DNA from: a virus
Length of the DNA: 64,000 nucleotides
Reading direction: 5' to 3' (one strand)
IMG/VR virus record: IMGVR_UViG_3300036790_000396
Coordinates: 64,001 to 128,000 of that record
The notes beneath the pieces are model-generated. The model did not search any database. It had not been told where the DNA came from and was given only the letters and a program-made list of their open reading frames with translations. The position numbers were made by a program, and so were the translations under genes. Positions within the stretch are counted from its first letter, which is position 1; each line of letters opens with the position of its first letter. Shown one piece after another: positions 46,822-54,607 of the stretch.

Positions 46822-47739
46822 ATGTCGCTGACCAAGTACGCCAGCCTGGAGCTGCTGGAGGCGTGGCGCGTGCCCGCGAAGGCGACGCCGCGCGGGCTGT
46901 CCAAGGCGGCGCACCGCGTCGACTTCGAGTACACGCCGCGGCCCGGCTACCTCGCGTACTGTTGCCATGTGAGAGACAGCAACAAGGGAAAAAGCTGCAC
47001 GGGGCCCGGGTGCCTTCGGGAAGCAAAATGCAAGGGTCTTTGCCTTGCTCATTACACTCAGCGGAGATCTGGAAAAGATCTTTCCGTGATCCGCGTTCGT
47101 GCAAAAAATGCTACGGACTCCTGCGTATTTCCCGGATGCGATCGTCCCCATTTTGCTAAAGAATACTGCAAATCCCACTATCATCAGCGGCAGCGTCACG
47201 GAGAAGTAACAGTATTTCGTCAGTTCTTGGAAATTTGTTCTTTTCCTGGATGCGATCGTGGTCACTCTGCGCATGGATACTGCGACGGGCATGCGATTCA
47301 GCTGCGGAAGGGAAAGGAGCTGTCTCCCCTCCGGGCTCGCCAGAAGGGCCGTGTATGCACAGTAGACGGCTGCAGCGATCCTTACCTTGCCCGCGGCTTC
47401 TGCGCAGTTCATTATAACCAGTGGCACTGGGCTGAATCGGAAGAGGGACGCGAGGCTCGAAAACGTGCTTTCCACAAGCGACGTGCTATTAAGGCATCTG
47501 CCGAGACAAGACTGATCTCTTCTCGCGAATGGAAGCGCCTGGTCAATCGTTACCAGGGGAAATGTGCTTATTGCAGGAAGGCCCCGTGGAATCATCGTGA
47601 GCACATAATTCCCCTAAGCCGCGGTGGAAGGGAATCGATCGGGAACCTGCTTCCGTGCTGCGAGAGATGCAACACGTCTAAGCACAATAAGCTTCTCTCT
47701 GAGTGGAGGTACGGTGCTTCGCAAGTACGCATCGCTTGA
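46822..47739 (+). CDS. HNH homing endonuclease fused to the original N-terminal 44 codons of the prohead protease
   Basis: Four C..PGC....A.G.C..H repeats; CAYC...EHIIPLSRGG...NL...C..CN..K; N-terminus paralogous to 47714-47833. Confidence 0.88.
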   Translation: MSLTKYASLELLEAWRVPAKATPRGLSKAAHRVDFEYTPRPGYLAYCCHVRDSNKGKSCTGPGCLREAKCKGLCLAHYTQRRSGKDLSVIRVRAKNATDSCVFPGCDRPHFAKEYCKSHYHQRQRHGEVTVFRQFLEICSFPGCDRGHSAHGYCDGHAIQLRKGKELSPLRARQKGRVCTVDGCSDPYLARGFCAVHYNQWHWAESEEGREARKRAFHKRRAIKASAETRLISSREWKRLVNRYQGKCAYCRKAPWNHREHIIPLSRGGRESIGNLLPCCERCNTSKHNKLLSEWRYGASQVRIA

Positions 47740-47833
47740 GGTACTGGAGGCGTGGCGTCAGACATCTTCTGCTGCTATGTCGAAAACTGCTCATAGAGTA
47801 GATTTTTCGTACATTCCACGTAAAGGATACTTG
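46954..47833 (+). mobile_element. HNH insertion element carrying a new RBS and recoded protease 5' end
   Basis: Low GC; removing it restores PRPGYL|YVRSRAISSR in frame. Confidence 0.75.
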
Positions 47834-50800
47834 TACGTCCGCTCCCGGGCTATCTCCTCGCGCACCAACGACAACCACGACACGTTCGAGGCCCCGGAGA
47901 TCGAGCAGGGCTACCGGACTTTCCTCGGAAAGCCCGCCTTCGTGAATCACCGTAACAGCAACCACCGCCGTGCCCGCGGCGTCATCGTGGCCGTGGCGCT
48001 GCACCGGGACCGCAACCCTGACGGCTCCCCCGACACCTGGGTCGAGGCACTGCACGAGCTGGACGCGGTGCGGTTCCCCAAGCTGGCGAAGGCGATCATC
48101 GAGGGCCGCGTCAACCGCACCTCGATGGGCGTCGACTGCGAGTACTCCACCTGCTCCGCGTGCGGCAACCGGGCCACCAACCCTGCTGAGTACTGTGCTC
48201 ATCTTCCGGCTCGCAAGGGGCTGAAGATCAGGCAGCGTAACAATGAGACGGGGAAACTGGAAGAGAAGCTTATTCATGAAATATGTGCTGGTCTTACATT
48301 TTTCGAGAACAGTTTTCTCGTAGAGGATCCTGCCGACCCAACTGCCCATGTTTTGGACAAGCCGGACGACAGGGGCATGAAAATAAATGCCTCACGTCAC
48401 GTGCTTCCAGGTGCGCCCCATGCGGATGCAGTTGACCGAGGAAACGGAAACGCCGTACCGGCGCGCTATGTCAGCGAGCGTGAGCGCCCCGGAACCCCGG
48501 TTCATCCAGTCCTTGCCCGTCGCGACCTGAGGCAGCAGTTCACGCTTGATGATCCGGACATCCTCTTCGGTCAGCCTGCGGTTGGGATGAGTCGCCCCGC
48601 GAGCGTGCCGTTCTTTGGACACCATGTCAGCGACGTTGTCGGCCCGCGTGCCGAGGAACCAGTGCATCGGGTTCATGCACGGCGGCCAGTCACAGCGGTG
48701 GAGTACCCCCAGGCGCGCAGGGATCGGGCCGCGAATCAGCGCCCATCCGTATCTCGATCCCAGGACACTTCTGCGGTCCGTGCCCGACAGCGTGAACCGC
48801 GGGTAGCCGGTCCTGAAGAATCCTCCCGTCCACGGATTGCAGAATCCCGGTCCGGGCGTGAAGTCGATTTTCGACAGGAAGCGCTCGATCTCGGACTCAG
48901 TGCTCGCGAAGCGTCCGTCTACCAGCGATCGTTCCATGGACGTGATTCTATCAATAATCCTAGGCAGGCCCGCTACCTCACCATGGATGAGGCCCGCGCT
49001 GCGGGCCGCGAGGCCATCCGGCGGCAGGCGGAGGATCCCCGCTTCGACGGCGTCGGCCTGAAGCAGGACGATGACGGCTGGTACGTGCGCACGCACCGGG
49101 CGCGCAGCCGTTCCCATCCCGTCCCGGAGGCGATCCCCGCGAAGGACATCGAGTTCATCCGCTCTACCGGGTCCCGCCGCACCGCCCGCAACGAGGAGGG
49201 CGGCGAGATGCCGGTAGTCCCCTCCAGCCGCCTCCCCCGGGTGAGCCTCCCCGAGTCCCGGAGCAGCTATGAACAGGCCGGCGACTTCCTGGATAACCTG
49301 CTGGGCAACGTGGGAAATCCGGACGCGGCTGAGTGGAGGCCGTCCTATCCCACCCGCGGCTGGGACGACGAGCGCCAGCCCAGGCTGCACGAGGAGCTGC
49401 GCAAGTCGCGCGAGCGCAACCTCCGGCGCGACATTGACGATGACAGCGGCGAGGGCCTGGCCAGCAAGCTCGACCGCCCGGAGCAGTGGGAGCACCAGAT
49501 CGAGCACGGCCTCCCGGAAAGCCTGTTCGGTGCCGGCGTGCACGTCACGCACGATTTCAGGGACGATCCCGAGGGCTTCCTCCGCGACCGGTGGAACATG
49601 CGCGCCTTCCCGTACCGCGACCCGGGCGGCACCGGCCCCGGAGGCCTGAAGCCGTCGAACAAGTGGGTCCGCAAGACCTGGCAGCGGGCAGTCGGCCCGC
49701 TGGCCTGCGACCACCCCGGCTGCCCGCCCTGGGAGCACCGGGGGCCGCGCCCTCAGGCATCGCTGCGTACCGCTGACCGGGACGATGATTACTTCTACGA
49801 CGAGGACGACGATCAGCACCCGGATGAGCTGCCGAGCCGCCGGGACTGGCGCCGGGAGGATGACGTGACCCGCAGCGAGTCCTACCCCTATTCGCCCTCT
49901 CCCGGCTCGGAGGGGCGCGACGACCTGGCGGGCTCCCGCACCCGCGGGCGCCGCGCCGCCGAGTCGTGGGACGGCTTCCCCGACGTGCGCCCCGCTCCGC
50001 CGTCCGGCCCGCGCCTGTCCAGCCGTGTCGCGGCTGCCGGGGACAGCTGGGAGCCTGATCAGTGCCCGGAGTGCGGCGAGGGCTGGACCGAGGGCAGCTC
50101 GCGTTTCGATGACTCAGACTCGCAGTGCCTGAACTGCGGTACCCGTTACAATGCTTTTTCCGGGGCTCCGCTCAGCGATGACGAGATTGCCGTTAATGAT
50201 GCTGCGATGGCCAACGAGCAGCAGAAGCGCGAGGACACGCGCTCCGGGCAGGAACTGTGGAGGAAAGTCCACCCGGGCCCCGGGCACGAGTACTCCTATA
50301 ACCCGGCCGGCGACAATGCCCCGCTGGAGATGATGAATGACCTGCAGGACCAGGAGAACCAGGACAAGAGCGGACCGCTGCGGCTGAACCCGAGGCTTCC
50401 CTCCTACGAGAAGATGATGCGCCGCCGGCGCGAGCGCGCCATCCAGCAGTGGCCGTCCCATCAGGAGGTCCCCGTCGCCCCTCCGGGGACGGAGAGGCTG
50501 TCCAGCCGCATGGCGAAAGGGCGCCATGACTACCGGATGATGCACCAGGCTCCCGACCGGCACAGCGGCGTTCCCTATCACGAGGCGAGCGGCGCGGACC
50601 CGGATGACCTGGTCACGATCTACCGGGGAGTGCCCCGGAACGTGAAGACGATTCACCGCGGCGACTGGGTGACCACCGATCCGGCCTACGCCCACCAGCA
50701 CGGGCGCCACAACTCCGACCCATCGAAAGACTGGCCGGTGCTGCAGGCGGACGTTCCTGCGCGGCACCTGTACTGGGACGAGAACGACGAGAACGAGATC

Positions 50801-53020
50801 GGCTACCAGGGGCCGCACCTGGGCCAGCGTGACGTGAGCTACCACGAGGAAGACCCGGATGATGTCCCGGGCGCTGCCGATCCTGATGCGTGGCGCGGGC
50901 ATTTCGCCTCCGTGCGCCGCCGCGCGGACATCTCCGACGACGAGATCCGCCGCGGCCTGAACCTCCCCGGCTCCCGCGAGGAGGAGCACCAGGAGGACGT
51001 GCGCGACAAGGTGAACGGCCTCTTCGGCCCGCTGCACGAGGACTACGGCGGCCAGGAGAACTACAACCTCGCCCGGCAGAACGACACGATGACGGACCTG
51101 CAGCGCCGCTTCGAGGGCGGCCGGGGCAGGTTCGCCTTCGACGAGGAGGGGGACCCCTACTACGAGGCCCGGCACCCGTCCGGCTGGAGGGCCCGTGTCT
51201 ACACCGACCAGAGCGGCGAGGCCCAGGTCCACCACGACGCGACCGGCGACGAGGCCCACGACGTGATGGACATCGGCGAGTGGGGGCCGCAGGGTCACCG
51301 CCTGTCAGAGACCTACGGCCCCGCCGATCTTGACCGTGATCTCGCCGCGTGGCACGGCGATGACGGCGAGGAGGGGTACCGGGCGCACCTGGAGCAGGAG
51401 GACCCGCGCATCCGCCGGCGGAAGCGCCGTCATCAGGGCGCGCGCCGTACCGCCGCCGACCAGCCGCCGCGGATGCCCCCGCCCGTCGACACGCTGCGCC
51501 CCGACAAGTGCCCCGTCTGCGGGGACAGCGACGTGTTCAAGGGCCAGCGCTGCTCCGTGTGCGGGTTCGTCGCGCCGCCGGACATCTTCCGCGATCCCGA
51601 CACCCAGCAGGCCGCGCAGAACCACCAGATGCTCGAAGAGGGCAAGGTCCCCCTCGGCATGCCGGAGGGGCCCGCCGACGAGGAGCAGGTCGGCTCCGGC
51701 CAGGACGCTGACGACCAGCTGCTGCACCCTGACCAGATCGCCCCCGACGGCGTCCCCGGCGTGCAGCCCGGCAGCAGCCAGCCCGAGAACGGCCCCCTCG
51801 GCGGCGGCCAGGACGAGGGCCTCGTCGATCCCTCCCGCGTGAGCGCCCAGGGCGACGTCCCCGAGGAGGACGAGGAGCAGGCGGCGCAGCAGGAGACGGA
51901 CGAGGGAGAGCAGCAGGCGGCGGAAGGACAGGCCGAGGAGGAAGAGGGAGCGGCCCGCGCCGACGAGGCGCAGGCAGCCGCAGCGGGGGAGCAGGAGGCC
52001 GAGGACGCTGACGCGGATGCCTCGCCCCGGAAGGATCAGGACGACGACCGCCCCGGAGGGAAACGCAGGATGGCTAAGCAGCAGCAGCGGCGGCAGGCAC
52101 CGCCCCGGTCTCGCCAGGAGCCGCGGACTGCCGCGACTGCGGTGCTGGCCGCCCAGCAGGACACCATCCGCCGGCAGGCGGCCCAGATCCGCTCTCTCGC
52201 CGCGCAGATGAGCTTCCTCGCGGACCTCGCCGGGGTCCGGCCGCAGATGGAGCAGATCCGCCGGCAGGCCGACATGATGAACCCGGCCTCCCCCGTCCCG
52301 GACCCGCCGGAGCGGCCCCCGTACGAGACCACCGAGCAGGCGCTCCAGCCGGAGACGATGGGCGACGCGAGCCGCCCGGGCACCGAGCCCGGGTCGACGT
52401 CGCACGTGCCTGCCGCGATGACCACCACTTCCGTCACGCCGGGCGTCGAGATCCAGACGGCGCCGGCCTCCTACCTCGATGACGTCACCGCTCCCGTCCA
52501 GGGCACCAACCCGTCGGAAGACGGCGGCGTGCCGGTTGAGCAGCGGCGCATCGAGACCGATGTCCGGATTGACCCTGACCCGCTGAAGGCCCAGGGTCCG
52601 GGCATCGGGGGACTGGGCAGCGACGGCACCGCCTACCCGTGGGTGATCGCCGCCCGCGGCGGCATGCCGCGCACCGCCTCGCAGGCGGCGGCCTCGCAGG
52701 AGGATGAGCACGGGGCGCGCACGTTCGCCTCGATCCGCCTTGCCCGCGCCCGCGTCACCGCGGGGCTCGCCCGCGGCGACGAGCTGGAGGGCGCGGCCCT
52801 CATCGAGAAGGACGCGTCGCTGTCCCTGAGGGACATCGAGCGGGAGATCGGCACGCTGGAGAAGGTCGCCGCCGCGGCCCCGCCGCAGCGTCCCCGCGCC
52901 TCGCAGCGCACCGCCGCCCGGTCGGCGCCGTCGATGTCCGCGCCGCCGCAGCTGGCCCGCACGGCGAGCTACTCCGACCCGGGCGACCCGATGGACGCCT
53001 CGGACGTGTTCCTCGACTGA
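47714..53020 (+). CDS. Prohead (capsid maturation) protease / cargo / scaffold polyprotein
   Basis: GGAGG RBS plus GTG; RAISSR.NDN.D.F...GKP.FVNH...TSMG...CS.CGN protease-like domain; internal modules; helical scaffold-like C-terminus. Confidence 0.8.
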   Translation: MLRKYASLEVLEAWRQTSSAAMSKTAHRVDFSYIPRKGYLYVRSRAISSRTNDNHDTFEAPEIEQGYRTFLGKPAFVNHRNSNHRRARGVIVAVALHRDRNPDGSPDTWVEALHELDAVRFPKLAKAIIEGRVNRTSMGVDCEYSTCSACGNRATNPAEYCAHLPARKGLKIRQRNNETGKLEEKLIHEICAGLTFFENSFLVEDPADPTAHVLDKPDDRGMKINASRHVLPGAPHADAVDRGNGNAVPARYVSERERPGTPVHPVLARRDLRQQFTLDDPDILFGQPAVGMSRPASVPFFGHHVSDVVGPRAEEPVHRVHARRPVTAVEYPQARRDRAANQRPSVSRSQDTSAVRARQREPRVAGPEESSRPRIAESRSGREVDFRQEALDLGLSAREASVYQRSFHGRDSINNPRQARYLTMDEARAAGREAIRRQAEDPRFDGVGLKQDDDGWYVRTHRARSRSHPVPEAIPAKDIEFIRSTGSRRTARNEEGGEMPVVPSSRLPRVSLPESRSSYEQAGDFLDNLLGNVGNPDAAEWRPSYPTRGWDDERQPRLHEELRKSRERNLRRDIDDDSGEGLASKLDRPEQWEHQIEHGLPESLFGAGVHVTHDFRDDPEGFLRDRWNMRAFPYRDPGGTGPGGLKPSNKWVRKTWQRAVGPLACDHPGCPPWEHRGPRPQASLRTADRDDDYFYDEDDDQHPDELPSRRDWRREDDVTRSESYPYSPSPGSEGRDDLAGSRTRGRRAAESWDGFPDVRPAPPSGPRLSSRVAAAGDSWEPDQCPECGEGWTEGSSRFDDSDSQCLNCGTRYNAFSGAPLSDDEIAVNDAAMANEQQKREDTRSGQELWRKVHPGPGHEYSYNPAGDNAPLEMMNDLQDQENQDKSGPLRLNPRLPSYEKMMRRRRERAIQQWPSHQEVPVAPPGTERLSSRMAKGRHDYRMMHQAPDRHSGVPYHEASGADPDDLVTIYRGVPRNVKTIHRGDWVTTDPAYAHQHGRHNSDPSKDWPVLQADVPARHLYWDENDENEIGYQGPHLGQRDVSYHEEDPDDVPGAADPDAWRGHFASVRRRADISDDEIRRGLNLPGSREEEHQEDVRDKVNGLFGPLHEDYGGQENYNLARQNDTMTDLQRRFEGGRGRFAFDEEGDPYYEARHPSGWRARVYTDQSGEAQVHHDATGDEAHDVMDIGEWGPQGHRLSETYGPADLDRDLAAWHGDDGEEGYRAHLEQEDPRIRRRKRRHQGARRTAADQPPRMPPPVDTLRPDKCPVCGDSDVFKGQRCSVCGFVAPPDIFRDPDTQQAAQNHQMLEEGKVPLGMPEGPADEEQVGSGQDADDQLLHPDQIAPDGVPGVQPGSSQPENGPLGGGQDEGLVDPSRVSAQGDVPEEDEEQAAQQETDEGEQQAAEGQAEEEEGAARADEAQAAAAGEQEAEDADADASPRKDQDDDRPGGKRRMAKQQQRRQAPPRSRQEPRTAATAVLAAQQDTIRRQAAQIRSLAAQMSFLADLAGVRPQMEQIRRQADMMNPASPVPDPPERPPYETTEQALQPETMGDASRPGTEPGSTSHVPAAMTTTSVTPGVEIQTAPASYLDDVTAPVQGTNPSEDGGVPVEQRRIETDVRIDPDPLKAQGPGIGGLGSDGTAYPWVIAARGGMPRTASQAAASQEDEHGARTFASIRLARARVTAGLARGDELEGAALIEKDASLSLRDIEREIGTLEKVAAAAPPQRPRASQRTAARSAPSMSAPPQLARTASYSDPGDPMDASDVFLD
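48392..48937 (-). CDS. HNH endonuclease with C-terminal HTH, nested antisense inside the protease ORF
   Basis: C..WTG...GY......V.H.CD.P.C.NP.H...GT..DN..D...K.R; HTH tail; own -10 TAGAAT 7 nt upstream of the ATG. Confidence 0.9.
   Translation of the reverse strand: MERSLVDGRFASTESEIERFLSKIDFTPGPGFCNPWTGGFFRTGYPRFTLSGTDRRSVLGSRYGWALIRGPIPARLGVLHRCDWPPCMNPMHWFLGTRADNVADMVSKERHARGATHPNRRLTEEDVRIIKRELLPQVATGKDWMNRGSGALTLADIARRYGVSVSSVNCIRMGRTWKHVT
52070..53020 (+). CDS. Putative internally initiated scaffolding protein (in frame with the protease)
   Basis: GGAGGG/AGG RBS and an upstream 18-bp copy of the putative late-promoter motif (52025-52042). Confidence 0.5.
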   Translation: MAKQQQRRQAPPRSRQEPRTAATAVLAAQQDTIRRQAAQIRSLAAQMSFLADLAGVRPQMEQIRRQADMMNPASPVPDPPERPPYETTEQALQPETMGDASRPGTEPGSTSHVPAAMTTTSVTPGVEIQTAPASYLDDVTAPVQGTNPSEDGGVPVEQRRIETDVRIDPDPLKAQGPGIGGLGSDGTAYPWVIAARGGMPRTASQAAASQEDEHGARTFASIRLARARVTAGLARGDELEGAALIEKDASLSLRDIEREIGTLEKVAAAAPPQRPRASQRTAARSAPSMSAPPQLARTASYSDPGDPMDASDVFLD

Positions 53021-53193
53021 TGGCGTGGTCCGTAACGGTCAGCGAGGACCTTCATGACGTGGTGCTGCCGTCCGGCCTGCGGGTGCAGGGCGGCGGCAGC
53101 GCCGTGCTGTCGGACCGGGAGTTCTCGCTGCTGCCGGAGGCGTCCCAGTTGTCCGGCGGCATTTTCTCCGCGGTGAGCCAGGTGACGTCGTGA
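53020..53193 (+). CDS. Small paralog of the head-fibre N-terminal domain
   Basis: VVLPSGLRVQGG..AVLSD.EFS versus IVLPNGLRVQGG..VVLSD.EYS; stop/start overlaps at both ends. Confidence 0.7.
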   Translation: MAWSVTVSEDLHDVVLPSGLRVQGGGSAVLSDREFSLLPEASQLSGGIFSAVSQVTS

Positions 53194-54026
53194 CCTATCA
53201 GGTGACCCTCGCCGACGGCGTCCCCGATATCGTGCTGCCGAACGGGCTGCGCGTGCAGGGCGGTGCGGTCGTCGTCCTGTCGGACGGGGAGTACTCCCGG
53301 ATCACTGACGCTTCCTCCGCGATCCTGTTCTCGTCGGTGACGTACCTGGGCGGGGGCGCTGGCAACGCCGTTTCCTCGTTCAACGGGCGCACCGGTAACG
53401 TCGAGCCCGCATCGGGCGACTACACGGTGTCCGAGGTGACCGGTGCGGCGCCTCTCGCCTCTCCCGTGTTCACGGGCACCCCCGCAGGCCCGACCGCTGC
53501 CGCGGGAACCAGCACCACCCAGCTGGCCACGACGGCGTTCGCCACGACCGCCCTGGCGCTGAAGTCGAACATCGCCTCGCCGACGTTCACCGGCACTCCC
53601 GCCGCGCCGACGGCCACGGCGGGTACCTCGACCACGCAGCTGGCGACGACCGCGTTCGCCACCGGGGCCGTCGCGACGGAGACCACCAGGGCCGAGACTG
53701 CGGAGGCCCTCAAGGCACCGCTTGCCTCCCCTGCTTTCACCGGTCAGGTGTCAGCCACCACGGTCGGTGACGGCTATTCGGTGGCCGAGGGCAGCAGCGG
53801 CAAGCAGGGAGTCGTTACCCTTGCTGCCGGATCCGCTACGGTTGACACTGCGAGCGTGACGGCGAACTCGCGGATCTTCCTGACCGTGCAGTCGCTGGGC
53901 ACAATAACCGCCCCTGCGGCGGTTGCAGTCACTGCGAGGACTGCGGGCACCTCCTTCACCATCACTTCGGCCTTGGGTACTGATACCTCGGTCGTCGCTT
54001 ACGAGATCTTCGAGCCCGCAGCCTGA
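53190..54026 (+). CDS. Head fibre/decoration-like structural protein
   Basis: SFNGRTG.V; repeated APLASP.FTGTP.APTA..GT.TTQLATTAF. Confidence 0.7.
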   Translation: MTYQVTLADGVPDIVLPNGLRVQGGAVVVLSDGEYSRITDASSAILFSSVTYLGGGAGNAVSSFNGRTGNVEPASGDYTVSEVTGAAPLASPVFTGTPAGPTAAAGTSTTQLATTAFATTALALKSNIASPTFTGTPAAPTATAGTSTTQLATTAFATGAVATETTRAETAEALKAPLASPAFTGQVSATTVGDGYSVAEGSSGKQGVVTLAAGSATVDTASVTANSRIFLTVQSLGTITAPAAVAVTARTAGTSFTITSALGTDTSVVAYEIFEPAA

Positions 54027-54037
54027 CAGGGAGCATC

Positions 54038-54334
54038 ATGACGTTTTCCGTGACCCCGTCCGCGCAGTCCGGCGGCGGCTACCTCGACGTGAGCTACGGA
54101 TCCGGGGCCGCGCGCTTCACGGTGACCGAGGATGCCGGGCACCTGCGCAGTTTCTGGGGCCAGCTGGGGCGCGAGATCTCCCGGGCCGAGGGCGTCACTC
54201 CCGGCCAGCGGGCCTACACGCGGTACCGGGCGCACACGGGCGGCCGGTCCCTCGCTTCCGGTGATGAGATCCCGGAGTGGGACGGCCTGGGCGATGACAT
54301 CCGGGAAGCCTGGGAAGCGTCCGCGCGCCCGTGA
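54038..54334 (+). CDS. Hypothetical protein
   Basis: GGGAG RBS; GQ.AY..Y....GG.S...IPEW motif. Confidence 0.6.
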   Translation: MTFSVTPSAQSGGGYLDVSYGSGAARFTVTEDAGHLRSFWGQLGREISRAEGVTPGQRAYTRYRAHTGGRSLASGDEIPEWDGLGDDIREAWEASARP

Positions 54335-54406
54335 GCGATGAGGAATGCCCGCACAAGGGCCGCTCGTGCACGGACAGGAACTGCCCCTGCAATTGCGCGG
54401 CCTGCA

Positions 54407-54607
54407 TCATCGACTACTCGCCGTGGATGAACCCGGATGAGAAGCCTCAGGGTTCCTGACGGGGACGATCCGGAACGGCCCGAGGCACACGCTGCTCTGC
54501 CGGTCCCGGATTATCCAGGCGACGCCGTCACGGCGGTCCTGCTCCGTCTGCTCGATCCGGTCCTCCGGGACCAGGACCGTCACGCACGGGATCTCCGGTT
54601 CCGTCAC
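54407..54607 (-). CDS. Hypothetical protein
   Basis: AGGAGG RBS; GTGA overlap. Confidence 0.45.
   Translation of the reverse strand: MTEPEIPCVTVLVPEDRIEQTEQDRRDGVAWIIRDRQSSVCLGPFRIVPVRNPEASHPGSSTASSR

Noticed and set aside
46954-47833. Group I intron interpretation of the HNH insert
   Set aside because: No recognisable P/Q/R/S core and the 5' exon does not end in U. The HNH frame fills nearly the whole insert, and a duplicated start with its own RBS makes splicing unnecessary.
48392-48970. Intein or intron interpretation of the nested segment
   Set aside because: No Hint-domain blocks or terminal N|C/S/T in the + frame, and no room for ribozyme structure outside the HNH gene.
53440-53760. 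Internal repeats in the fibre gene as a DGR or other repeat system
   Set aside because: Ordinary protein-level fibre repeats; no adenine-specific variation and no reverse transcriptase in the window.
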